DNA of 64,000 bases, taken from Anaeramoeba ignava BMAN (lineage: Eukaryota; Protista; Anaeramoebae). The stretch covers positions 1,178,001 through 1,242,000 of the forward strand of contig JAPDFW010000070.1 in NCBI GenBank assembly GCA_028826165.1, given 5' to 3'. The notes below the pieces were generated by a model. That model saw nothing but the letters and a program-made list of their open reading frames with translations. It did no database searches and was not told where the DNA came from. Made by a program: the position numbers and the translations under genes. Shown here in pieces: positions 1-12,821 of this stretch (its first letter is position 1; each line of letters starts with the position of its first letter).

Positions 1-769
1 AAAGAAAAAGAACGGGATCCGAGAATTTGCCGGAATTTCCGTTATTTTTTTGAGAATTTTGACTATTTTTTTCAATTTCCATTGATTTGAATTGTTTTTC
101 ATTGTGAAATTCCTGGTTGCTATTGTTTTCATTGATATTCGAATTCATTTGATTTGAAAGTAAATTATTGATAATCAAACAGCGATAATTTTCTTGAACT
201 TGCAATAAACAATCCTTAAGAAAATCCGCAAGTGGATCATCTCCTTCAACAGTTTCAGCGCTTATTGCAAGTATCAAATCAGTTAGAAACTTTTCTGTTT
301 TGTTAGAAAGCGTTGATATTGATGACAAAATCTGCGCGAAAAACGCGTTTCTTTGGGAATATTCAAGTTTTCCATTTCTCATTTGTTTTCCAATATTTTT
401 AATCAATTCAATTCCTTGAACTTGATTTTTCACAATGAATTTGGAAATAACTAAATCAATCATTCTGCATTCAGTGCAATTAAATCCGCGATAAATTGTG
501 ATAGTTTTCACGATTTGAAAAAATAAATCAGGTTCAACGGCTGCTGCATGTTGCCACAGACTCAGAAACTGTTGGGAATCCTGTTCACGATCTTCTTCTT
601 TTGCTTTTCGACTCTGAAAAATTTCTTGTGGAAGAACTAAATCACAAATATAGAAAAAATTCGGTTTTTCTATTATTTCTTCAGAGAATATTAGTTTCTT
701 TGTTGATATATTTTTCCGATTTCTTTTGGTTTTGTTTTCCAGATTTGGTTTGCTTCTTTTTTTATTCAT
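1..769 (-). CDS. Hypothetical protein, 5' part; runs off the left window edge
   Basis: Manual translation from ATG at 769 (MNKKRSKPNLENKTKRNRKN...LSLWQHAAAVEPDLFFQIV...) is open to position 1 with coding-like composition. It is absent from the ORF track because there is no stop. No family recognised. Confidence 0.75.
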   Translation of the reverse strand, partial: MNKKRSKPNLENKTKRNRKNISTKKLIFSEEIIEKPNFFYICDLVLPQEIFQSRKAKEEDREQDSQQFLSLWQHAAAVEPDLFFQIVKTITIYRGFNCTECRMIDLVISKFIVKNQVQGIELIKNIGKQMRNGKLEYSQRNAFFAQILSSISTLSNKTEKFLTDLILAISAETVEGDDPLADFLKDCLLQVQENYRCLIINNLLSNQMNSNINENNSNQEFHNEKQFKSMEIEKNSQNSQKNNGNSGKFSDPVLFL

Positions 770-839
770 TGAAGAAGGAAAGAAAAAATGATTTCGAAAA
801 TTTTTAATAAAAAAATTTTTTTTACTTTTCAAAATTAAA

Positions 840-3360
840 ATCAATTTTAAAAAAAGAAATTAAATAATATTCCCAAATAATTTATTATTTAAACTTATTA
901 AATATTTTTATAAATATTTAATTAATTTTCAAATTCCACTTTTTTTTTAATCAATATATTTTAATAAATAAATTTATATTTAATTTTAAAAATAAAATAA
1001 ATTAATTTAAAAAAAGAAATTAAATAATATTTCCAAATAATTTATTATTTAAACTTATTAAATATTTTAATAAATATTTAATTAATTTTCAAATTCCACT
1101 TTTTTTTTAATCAATATATTTTAATAAATAAATTTATATTTAATTTTAAAAATAAAATAAATTAAATTTAAAAAAAGAAATTAAATAATATTTCCAAATA
1201 ATTTATTATTTAAACTTATTAAATATTTTTATAAATATTTAATTAATTTTCAAATTCCACTTTTTTTTTAATCAATATATTTTAATAAATAAATTAATAT
1301 TTAATTTTAAAAATAAAATAAATTAATTTTAAAAAGAAATTAAATAATATTTCCAAATAATTTATTATTTAAACTTATTAAATATTTTTATAAATATTCA
1401 ATTAATTTTTAAATTCCACTTTTTAATCAATATATTTTAATAAATAAATTAATATTTAATTTTGAAAATAAAATAAATTAATTTAAAAAGAAATTAAATA
1501 ATATTTCCAAATAATTTATTATTTGAACTTATTAAATATTTTTATAAATATTCAATTAATTTTCAAATTCCACTTTTTTTTAATCAATATATTTTAATAA
1601 ATAAATTAATATTTAATTTTAAAAATAAAATAAATTAATTTTAAAAAGAAATTAAATAATATTCTCAAATAATTTATTATTTAAACTTATTAAATATTTT
1701 TATAAATATTAAATTAATTTTCAAATTCCACTTTTTAATCAATATATTTTAATAAATAAATTAATATTTAATTTTAAAAATAAAATAAATTAAATTTAAA
1801 AAGAAATTAAATAATATTTCCAAATAATTTATTATTTAAACTTATTAAATATTTTTATAAATATTCAATTAATTTTTAAATTCCACTTTTTTTTAATCAA
1901 TATATTTTAATAAATAAATTAATATTTAATTTTAAAAAGAAAATAAATTAATTTTAAAAAGAAATTAAATAATATTCCCAAATAATTTATTATTTAAACT
2001 TATTAAATATTTTTATAAATATTAAATTAATTTTCAAATTCCACTTTTTAATCAATATATTTTAATAAATAAATTTATATTTAATTTTAAAAAAATAAAA
2101 TAAATTAATTTTAAAAAGAAATTAAATAATATTTCCAAATAATTTATTATTTAAACTTATTCAATATTTTTATAAATATTTAATTAATTTTTAAATTCCA
2201 CTTTTTAATCAATATATTTTAATAAATAAATTTATATTTAATTTTAAAAATAAAATAAATTAATATTCTCAAATAATTTATTATTTAAACTTATTAAATA
2301 TTTTTATAAATATTTAATTAATTTTTAAATTCCACTTTTTTTGAATCAATATATTTTAATAAATAAATTTATATTTAATTTTAAAAATAAAATAAATTAA
2401 TTTTAAAAAGAAATTAAATAATATTTCCAAATAATTTATTATTTAAACTTATTAAATATTTTTATAAATATTTAATTAATTTTTAAATTCCACTTTTTAA
2501 TCAATATATTTTAATAAATAAATTTATATTTAATTTTAAAAATAAAATAAATCAATTTTAAAAAGAAATTAAATAATATTTCCAAATAATTTATTATTTA
2601 AACTTATTAAATATTTTTGTAAATATTTAATTAATTTTCAAATTCCACTTTTTAATCAATATATTTTAATAAATAAATTAATATTTAATTTTAAAATAAA
2701 TTAATTTAATTTAAAAATAAAATTAAATAATATTTCCAAATAATTTATTATTTAAACTTATTAAATATTTTTATAAATATTTAATTAATTTTTAAATTCC
2801 ACTTTTTTTTAATCAATATATTTTTAATAAATAAATTAATATTTAATTTTAAAAATAAAATAAATTAAATTTAAAAAAAGAAATTAAATAATATTTCCAA
2901 ATAATTTATTATTTAAACTTATTAAATATTTTTATAAATATTAAATTAATTTTCAAATTCCACTTTTTAATCAATATATTTTAATAAATAAATTTATATT
3001 TAATTTTAAAAATAAAATAAAATCAATTTTAAAAAGAAATTAAATAATATTCTCAAATAATTTATTATTTAAACTTATTAAATATTTTTATAAATATTCA
3101 ATTAATTTTCAAATTCCACTTTTTTTTTAATCAATATATTTTAATAAATAAATTAATATTTAATTTTAAAAATAAAATAAATCAATTTTAAAAAAAATAA
3201 ATTAAATAATATTCTCAAATAATTTATTATTTAAACTTATTAAATATTTTTATAAATATTTAATTAATTTTCAAATTCCACTTTTTTTTTAATCAATATA
3301 TTTTGATAAATAAATTTATATTTAATTTTAAAAATAAAATAAATCAATTTTAAAAAAAGA
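840..3360. repeat. Tandem satellite, ~160-bp unit, ~16 copies
   Basis: The marker aaattccacttttt recurs at ~160-bp spacing (934, 1094, 1255 ... 3275). The unit begins gaaattaaataatatttccaaataatttattatttaaacttattaaat. Confidence 0.95.
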
Positions 3361-3471
3361 ATACTTGATTGATTTCCTTTTTATTCTTATCAAATCTTTT
3401 TCAAAAGAAAAGAAACGGAAATAAAAAAATAAAAGGAAATAAAGAATGATAAAGAGAAAAAGATGAGAAGC

Positions 3472-6400
3472 TTAGAAATAATTATGGGAAGTTAAATTAG
3501 TTGATTTTCCCAAACTTTGACGAACTTCTTTGAAATTGTTAGTGAGTTCTAAGCGACGGTTTTTATCCTGAACAATTGTATCTAAAGATTGAACAATTTT
3601 GCGATGATTGGAAGCGATATATTCGTGGATAATTGCAAGAGAGATTGTATAAACATCTTTTGGAAGTTGTGATGATTTTGTTTTGTGTTCATCTTCAAAT
3701 TCTGCTGAAAGTGAAATTTTGTCTAGGTATTTGCTCATTGATTCAATGTTTGTTTCAATAAAACTGTTTAAAGAAATCATGTGTTCTTCTTTCTCTCCGA
3801 AAAGATCTCCAGTTGTAAGCTTTTGGAGAACTTGAGAAATTAAGACAAGCATACGAACAATTTCATCTGATAATGGTTCTTGATCCATAATTCCAAACTT
3901 TTATATGAATTTATTTTGATTTTAATTTTAATTTTTAATTTTAATTTTGATTTTAATTTTAATTTTAATTTTTAATTTTAATTTTAATTTTAATTTTAAT
4001 TTTAATTTTAATTTTAATTTTAATTTTAATTTTGATTTTAATTTTAATTTTAATTTTTGGTTTTGATTTTGATTTGGATTTGGATATTAATTTTGATTTT
4101 AATTTTGATTTGGATTTTAATTTTGATTTTAATTTTAATTTTGATTTTATAAATGAATTTTGATTTTGATTTTAATTTTGATTTTTATTTTAATTTTAAT
4201 TTTTATTTTAATTAATTTACTTGATCATAAGCTGTCAAAGCTGGTGTAAAATATCTCAAAATCATGAAACTACCAAGAGATTGGTGAACATAATCAGGGA
4301 ATTTTTGCTCAACAAGACTTCGAGTATAAGAAAGAATACTTCTGAATTGGATTGGAATATTATCGCCACCTCTACAAATAGCATCGAAAATCATTTGTGA
4401 ACCATTGAGAAGATGATATTTGTTGACTGAAATATTCGTTTGAGGAGAATTTGAATCGTCGACACCTTGATTCTTAGCTAGTTGATATATGGGATCATTG
4501 ATTGTATCATGGAGATACTTGATACCCAAGGGAAGATGACAGTATCCTGACCAGAGTTGACTTGGAGTATTTATTCCACGGAAAAGTAAATTGGGATCAG
4601 TTGATGAAGCAACTTCGAGTTGTATAAAGTACTTAAGAAGATTGATTGCCTGACCATTTTGCTCAAAGAGATACAGAATAGCTCGATGAATAGGAGATAC
4701 TGCGTTGTTTTTTGTGTCTGTTAAGATGGCTTGCACAAGTTCTAAGTTCTCAAGAAGAATTTCTTCAAGACTCAAATAAGCATGTCGCATTCCATGAGAT
4801 TTAAGATGTTTGCGATCACTATTTGAAAGGAATATATCTCTTCCAAACATTGTATCAATGTTGAATACGGGAAGTAATTGATTCTTTTCTGAATGATCTG
4901 AATGTTTATATCTCCATACAATAAAAAAGATGACTAAACCAATTACTACAGCACCACCACCTGCACCTCCGATAACAGCTCCTGTTGGAACTCCTGAATT
5001 TGAATCCTCGATTGTAGTAACCTCTACTTCACAAAATTCCCCAGTGTAACCGTAATTGCATGAACATTTTCCTGTCTCGTTATTGCACCCGTACCATTAT
5101 TGCAATCCACGTCTTTGCACAGATCAGGTTCACAATATGGAGGATCATATCCTTGTTCACATAAACATGAGCAATCCATAAACGCAGTACCATGATCATG
5201 ACATCCTGGAAAAGTACCATTACAAACATCAATCTCACAATAATATCCATCCCATGGCACTACACAATCACAATAACCAGCTACACATGTTCCATGTTCC
5301 CCACAATCAAGATATTTACATTTATCATCTTCACAATAAGTTCCATTGTTCTCTGGATTGCATACACAATGATTAGGATCGAAAGCGCATGTTCCATTTC
5401 CTGAACAATTTAAAAGAGAATCTTGACAAATATCAATTCCACAATCCCATCCATCATAACCAATATAACAATCACAAACATTTGTTTGATTGTTACATTC
5501 TCCATGGAAAGAACAATTTACAGGATATCCTCCTTCAACACATGATAATTCTGAACAATTTGGTGGTGCCCATCCTTCATAACAATAACATGTCACATTT
5601 TCTGAGCTACAATTTCCATTCCCACTGCATGTATTTCCAGGATAACCTGGACAATATTCCAAGAATTGAAAGGTTGCGCCAGTATTATACATTATGTCGA
5701 GATTTTTGTGAAATTGAATATATATATTTGCAGTAGTGTTTGGACTAGGTAAAGTTGGCCAACATTGAATTGTTGATGAACTAAGTACTCGTGCCTCAAC
5801 AATATCAAAACCGTAAACGCCTTGAAATCTGCATTTCCATAATATTGCATAATTTGAAGTTGATCCTCCATAATTTCCATTAAGAAGAACAGATCCTGGT
5901 GTGAAAGAAATATTGACTTTTGTGTATGCAGTTCCTGTAGTTGGTGTAACATCTAAAACTGTAGTTTGATATGTGAATCTAATTGAAGTTAAGATACTTT
6001 CTATTCTAAAAATTTGATTTAAAATCAAAAATTAATATCAAAATCAACATCAAAATAAATATAAATATAAATATAAATATTTAAAATATTAATATCAATA
6101 TCAATATAAATATCAAAATCAATATAAATATCAATATTAATATAAATATAAATATATCAATATAAATATAAATATAAATATAAATATCAATATCAATATC
6201 AATATTAATATAAATATCAATATCAATATCAATATCAATATCAATATCAATATCAATATCAATATCAATATCAATATCAATATCAATATCAATATCAATA
6301 TCAATATCAATATCAATATCAATATCAATATCAATATCAATATCAATATCAATATCAATATCAATATCAATATAAATATCAATAATATTAAATATCAATA

Positions 6401-7679
6401 TCAATATAAATCAATATCAATATCAATAATATCAATATCAATATAAATATCAATATCAATATCAATATCAATATCAATATCAATATCAATATCAATATCA
6501 ATATCAATATCAATATAAATATCAATATCAATATCAATATAAATATCAATATAAATATCAATATCCAATATAAATATAAATATAAATATCAATATCAATA
6601 TCAATATAAATATCAATATAAATATCAATATAAATATAAATATAAATATAAAATATATAAATATAAATATAAATATAAATATAAATATAAATATAAATAT
6701 AAATATCAATATCAATATCAATATCAATATCAATATAAATATCAATATAAATATCAATATCAATATAAATATCAATATCAATATCAATATCAATATCAAT
6801 ATCAATATCAATATCAATATCAATATAAATATAAATATAAATATAAATATAAATATAAATATCAATATCAATATCAATATTAATATAAATATCAAAATCA
6901 AAATCAAAATCAATATCAATATCAATATCAATATCAATATCAATATCAATATCAATATCAAAATCAATATCAAAATCAATATCAAAATCAATATAAATAT
7001 CAATATGAATATTAATATAAATATCAATATAAACTTACTTCAGAAAATAATTTCCTCCATGAGTATCATAATATTTAAAAGCACCTCTCCATCCAAAATA
7101 ATCATGATTTATACTTTGAGCATAATAATTTTGAGCAGAAATTGAAGCTAAATTAAAACTCTTTGTAAAACTTGATGAAGAAAAACTTGTTCCATTCATA
7201 ATACTACCAGTAACATCAACATTTTGAAGACCTGAAGATGTTGGATATAAAAGATTCCAATTGATAAATTGATCTTGATACATAGCAGTAGTAGAGAAAT
7301 AAAAACTTATATTCAATCCTGTCATTGATATAGCTGTAGTGAAATTAGGAAAAGATTCACCAGATGTTGGAACATCAAAACCAAATTGACTAAATTTAAG
7401 ATAACGAGTGCAAATAAAATCACTAACTTCTGGATAATAAGGAGATCCACAACCGCCTTGTGCATCTGAATAAGCAGTTTCGCTACCTGTAGTTAACCCT
7501 GTTATGTTGCACCATATACTTGAGTATGTAGAATCTGGTGGTAATGGAGATACTAATTCAGTTTGTATAATTCCTGGTCTTTTAAAGCTTGTATCCCAAT
7601 AGAAATTTATACTGTTAAGTTCGTGTGTTGTTCCAATAAAAACTGCAATTATTAAGAAAAAAATTTTGATTTGTTTCAT
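3472..7679 (-). CDS. Single-pass receptor: signal peptide + IPT/TIG-like domain + ~6 tenascin-type EGF repeats + TM + cytoplasmic RasGAP domain (~950 aa)
   Basis: Exons 7679-7039, 6005-4221 and 3897-3472 join in phase across GT..AG introns. A frameshift at the C run 5088-5090 links the EGF ORF to CNNETGKCSCNYGYTGEFC, then TM VIGGAGGGAVVIGLVIFFIVW, then RasGAP motifs LFRG, FMILRYFTPAL and RMLVLISQVLQKL. Confidence 0.85.
6010..7030. repeat. Intronic hexamer microsatellite (AATATC/AATATA)n
   Basis: Directly visible; it fills intron 1 of the RasGAP receptor and explains the spurious IDID/ILIL ORFs. Confidence 0.95.
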
Positions 7680-8153
7680 TTTAATTGAAAAAATTTTAAA
7701 TGAATTTTAAAAAAAAAAAAAGAATTCCAAAAAAAAGAAAATAAAACAAAATAAAAAAAATGATTGTTTTTTTAACTTTTTTTTTTTTACTTTTCCAAAA
7801 GTAAATTTTTTTTTTTTTGATCATTTTTTTTTTAAATAAATTAATAAATAAACAATATTTATAGCACGTGGAAAGTTAAAAAAAAATTAATTTTTTTCTT
7901 TTTTTCTTTTTTTTAATGAATAAATTAATAATTAATTTTGAAAAGAAAATAATTTAATTTTAAAAAAAGAAATTAAATAATATTTCTCAATAATTTACTA
8001 TTTAAACTTATTAAATATTTTTATAAATTTTTAATAATTTTTCTTCTTCTTTTTTTTATTTATTTTTTGAATTAAAAGAAAAAAAACCAAAAAAGTGGAA
8101 TATAAAAAAAGAAGAAAAAAGAAAAGAAATTTGTTGTTTTGTTTTTGGAATAA

Positions 8154-10113
8154 TTAAAAAGGAATATCATTAATAAATTTTTTAATCATATCCAAAGCAA
8201 ATTCTGGTTGATTCATCTATTTTTTGTTTATAAAAATAATTAATAATTAAAATATAAAAATATAAAAATATAAAATATGAAATATAAATTACAGGTCTAA
8301 ATAAATAAATAAATTAATAAATAAATAAATAAGTAAAATAAATAAATTAAATTAATTTACAATAAATGTCCAGCATCAGAAACAAATATTTGCCATAAAT
8401 TCTCATAATTTCTTACTAATCCTGCAAATTTATTATCAACTTCCCATGTAACTGCTGTTGTGTTTTTAAAATTATCAATATATTTCCAATTTAATTGATT
8501 TATCCATTTAAGTGTTCCAACTGTATTAACAATTAAATCAAATTCTCCATTATAAATCAATACTTTGTAATTATTATATAATAATGCTGATACAAAACTT
8601 CGAACACTTTTTGACATATCTTCAAATAAATTTTTCATTACAAGTGAACTATGTCTAATCCAAGTTTTATTAACACCAAGACTTTTTTGAGTTTCAGGTG
8701 AATTAAGGAAATTTGATAAACTTGTGTAATCGTAATCTCCATATTCTCTAATATCATATATGTTAACTCCTCCTGACATATTTGTAATTGTTTCTATTAT
8801 TCCTCTGAAATATTCAGAAGCTTGAAGCCATTCTTGATTTTCGATAAAATTTACACATTGATTTTGTATTTCTTCAATTTCAGATTTTTGATTTGGATCA
8901 ATAAGTCCTGTTGAAACAGAATAATTAGCAAATGTTGTAACTTGATTTATTGGATCAGTCCATCCATCACCTTATTAATTTTTGAAAATTAAAATAAAAA
9001 ATTAAAATTAAAATTAAAATTAAAATTAAAATTAAAATTAATATAAAAATTAAAATTAAAATTAAAATTAAAATTATAAATAAAATTATAAATAAAATTT
9101 AAAATTAATATTAAAATTCAAATTAAAATTAAAATTAAAATTAAAATTAAAATTAAAATTAAAATTAAAATAAAATTTAAAATTAATATTAAAATTAAAA
9201 TTAAAATTAAAATTAAAATTTAAAATTAAAATTAAAATTAAAATTAAAATTAAAATTAAAATTTAAAATCAATATTAAAATTAAAATTTAAAATTAAAAT
9301 TAAAATTAAAATTAAAATTAATATTAAAATTAAAATTAAAAATTAAAATTAAAATTAAAATTAAAATTAAAATTAATATTAAAATTAAAATTAAAATTTA
9401 AATTAAAATTAAAATTAAAATAAAAATTAAAATTAAAATCAATATTAAAAATTTAAATAATAAAATTTACCAATTCCAATTCCTTTTAAATTTAAAATAT
9501 TCCCTTTAGACATAATTTTGTATGCAATAGATGGTGTATATTTTCCTCCATAACTTTCTCCAAATATATATAAATCATTTCCAAAATATTTTGTATATTT
9601 TTGAAAAAAAATAGTTAATCCAATATATAATTCATTCGCCATATCATCTTCATCAACAACATATCCTGCTGAATTATTAACATAACTAAATCCAGTTCCT
9701 GCTGGATTATCAATATAAAGCATATTAAGAAGTTTATTCCAAGAATAAGGATTATTATAAAGTGTTCCATTTGATGAAATTAATACAGGTCCATTTTCCA
9801 TAAACATTCCAACCATTGCAGAATCACCAGGTCCACCTTGAAGCCAAATACCAAATGGATTTTGAAGTGGATTTGATTGAGATGGATGAAAAATATAAAA
9901 TAATGTTGCTCCATAAGTTTTATTAACTTCAATATATCCAGAAAAACATTCATTTCCATTTATTGAAGTTTTTGTTAAATTTTCAATTTGAGATGGATCA
10001 ATATCATTTATTATTATTATTGGATGTGAATAAACTTTATTAATATTTTGATTATTAATTATTAGTAAAAATAAAGTTATTATTATTAATTGTTTAATTG
10101 AAATTATTTTCAT
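8154..10113 (-). CDS. Serine carboxypeptidase, family S10 (CPVL-like), secreted/lysosomal, ~439 aa
   Basis: Signal peptide, WLQGGPG, GESYGG nucleophile motif, GDGWTDP, YNGEFDLIV and AGHLLPMNQP. Exons 10113-9471, 8970-8361, 8296-8293 (4 nt) and 8216-8154 total 1320 nt, in frame. Confidence 0.92.
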
Positions 10114-10441
10114 TTTTAAAATTGAAAGAAAAATGAATAAAATGAAAAATAAAATTTTTGTTTTTTTTTCTCTCTTATTTAAATTTTATTAATTAAAATT
10201 AAAATTAAAATTTGTTTTTTGTTTTTTGTTGTTTCTTAAAAAAAAAAGAAAATGAATTGAATTTTCCAAATTAGATCATTTCTGTAAAGAAAAGATTTTG
10301 AATGAAATGAAATGATTTTGATTAAGATTGAGGATAAATCTGAAAAAGAGAGAATTGAATTAAGAATTGAGTTAAGAATTGAATTAAGAATTGGAAATTG
10401 GAAATTGAATTGAAAATTGAAAAAAAGAAAGGAAAAGTAAT

Positions 10442-12172
10442 TTAAAGAACTCCTTGTTGTAACATAGCTTCTGCAACTTTCAAAAATCCAGCAATATTAG
10501 CTCCAGTCATATAATCTTTAGGATTCTTAGCATAAGTCTTAGCTGCATTGAAACAAGAATCGAAAATATCTCCCATAATCTTCTTAAGTTTAGCATCAAC
10601 TTCTTCTCGAGTCCAAGATAATCTCAAACTGTTTTGACTCATTTCAAGACCTGAAACAGCAACACCTCCAGCATTAACAGCTTTAGCTGGTCCATAAAGA
10701 ACATTGTTTTCAAAGTAAACAGCAATAGCTCCTGGTGTTGATGGCATATTAGCTCCTTCTCCAATAGCTTTAACTCCATTTGCAACAAGTGCTTTGGCAT
10801 CTTCAGTATCAACTTCGTTTTGTGTTGCACATGGCATTGCAATATCAGCTTTGAATCTTCTCCATGGATTTTCTTTTGGGAAGAATTGTGCTTCTTTAGA
10901 GTATTTGGTGTATTCAGAAATTGGTTTTCTTTCTTCATTCTTGATTTTGAAAACATAAGCTAATTTTTCATGAGTAAATCCTTCAGGTTCATAAACACAT
11001 CCACTTGTATCACTAACAGTTAATGGAATAGCTCCAACATGAAGAAGTTTCTCAACACAATATTGAGCAACATTTCCAGCTCCACTAACAAGAACTTTCT
11101 TTCCTTTCATATCCATATCATTGGCAGCTAACATTTTTTCCATGAAATAAACTGCTCCATATCCAGTTGCTTCAGGTCTAATTAATGAACCTCCCCAATT
11201 AGCTCCTTTTCCTGTTAAAACTCCTTCAAATCTGTTAACGATTTTCTTGTACATTCCGAATAAGAATCCAATTTCTCGACCACCAACTCCAATATCTCCA
11301 GCTGGAACATCTGTGTTTGGTCCAATGTGTCTGAATAATTCACTCATGAAGGATTGGCAAAATCTCATAACTTCAAGATCAGATTTTCCTTTTGGTTCGA
11401 AATCAGATCCTCCTTTTCCTCCTCCCATTGGAAGTGTTGTTAAGGCATTTTTGAAGATTTGTTCAAATCCAAGGAATTTGATGATTGAAAGATTAACATT
11501 ATCTCGGAATCTTAATCCTCCTTTGTATGGTCCAATAGCGCTATTGAATTGAACTCTGTATCCTCTGTTAACATGCTCTTTTCCTATTTATTTTAATTTT
11601 AATTTTAATTTATAAATGAATTTTGATTTTAATTTTAATTTATAAATGAATTTTAATTTTAATTTTAATTTATAAATGAATTTTAATTTTAATTTTAATA
11701 TTAATTTTAATTTTAGTTTTAATTTTAATTTTAATTTTAATTTTAATTTTAATTTTAATTTTTAATTTTAATTTTAATTTTAATATTAATTTTAATATTA
11801 ATTTTAATATTAATTTTAATTTTAATTTTAATTTTAATTTTAATTTTAATTTTAATTTTAATTTTAATTTTAATTTTAATTTTAATTTTAATTTTAATTT
11901 TAATTTTAATTTTAATTTTAATTTTAATTTTAATTTTAATTTTAATTTTAATTTTAATTTTAATTTTTACCTTTATCATCAACCCATGCAACTCTGAACA
12001 TAACAACTCTTTCTGGTTCAACAATTCTTTCAAGAATTGGAATGTATTTAGGTTCTTTTTCAAGAAGTGGAATTAATGTTGTGCAAACTTCTTCAACTGC
12101 TTGATAAAATTCTGGTTGATCTGGATCTCTTTTTTTAACTCCTTCAAGAATTCTTTTAACTTCTTCTGCCAT
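10442..12172 (-). CDS. gdhA: NADP-specific glutamate dehydrogenase (447 aa)
   Basis: Exons 12172-11971 and 11583-10442, separated by an (AAAATT)n intron. Motifs [49 protein letters not shown] and EGANMP. Confidence 0.95.
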
Positions 12173-12821
12173 TTCTCTTCTATTTTTATTTATTTAATTT
12201 TTTTATTTAAATTTTTTTGTTAATTTTTTTTCAAATCATTTTTATCATTTTTGCTTTTAATTTTTTTTGTTTTTGTTTTTTTTTATTTTGTTTTTGTTTT
12301 TACTTCTTTTTTTTATTTTTGACTTTTTTTTTTATTTATTTTTATTTATTTTTATTTATTTGATGAATTGAAAAATTTTTCTTTTTGTTTTAATTATTTA
12401 TTTAATTAAATTTATTTAAATTTTTATTTTTATTTATTTTTATTAAAGTAAAATAAATTTTTCCCCTTAAAATGAAAATTTAAATTGAAAAAGGGGAATT
12501 CCAAAATTTATTTGACAATTTTTGTAAAATATCCAGTTTCCCCTTTTGATATTTGAATTCATTTTTTTTTCTCCTTTTTTTTTCTTTTAACAATTTATCA
12601 TTTTCTCTGACTTTAAATTAATAATTTATAACAATCTTATCTTTTTTTTTAATGAAATGAAAAAAAAATTGATGAATTTGGTTTTAATGAATGGATTTGT
12701 GTGGAAAAAATCAAAAAAAAATGATTGAAAAAAAGTAAAATCTTAAAATGGAATTTGAAAAAAAAAGGAAATTGGAAAGAAATCGGAAAAGATATTCCGA
12801 AATCAAGAATCAAAATGAATT

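Noticed and set aside
601-807. 68-aa plus-strand ORF
   Set aside because: Antisense shadow of the longer minus-strand gene starting at 769.
6081-7027. ORFs of poly-ID/IL/IF, and similar ones at 11755, 14212, 24964, 47182, 47374, 61677 and 63228
   Set aside because: They are translations of microsatellites within introns or intergenic DNA.
12461-12546. ttcccctt/aaggggaa inverted repeat as the other Crypton end
   Set aside because: Only 8 bp, with no match to the 14.8-kb structure; insufficient support.
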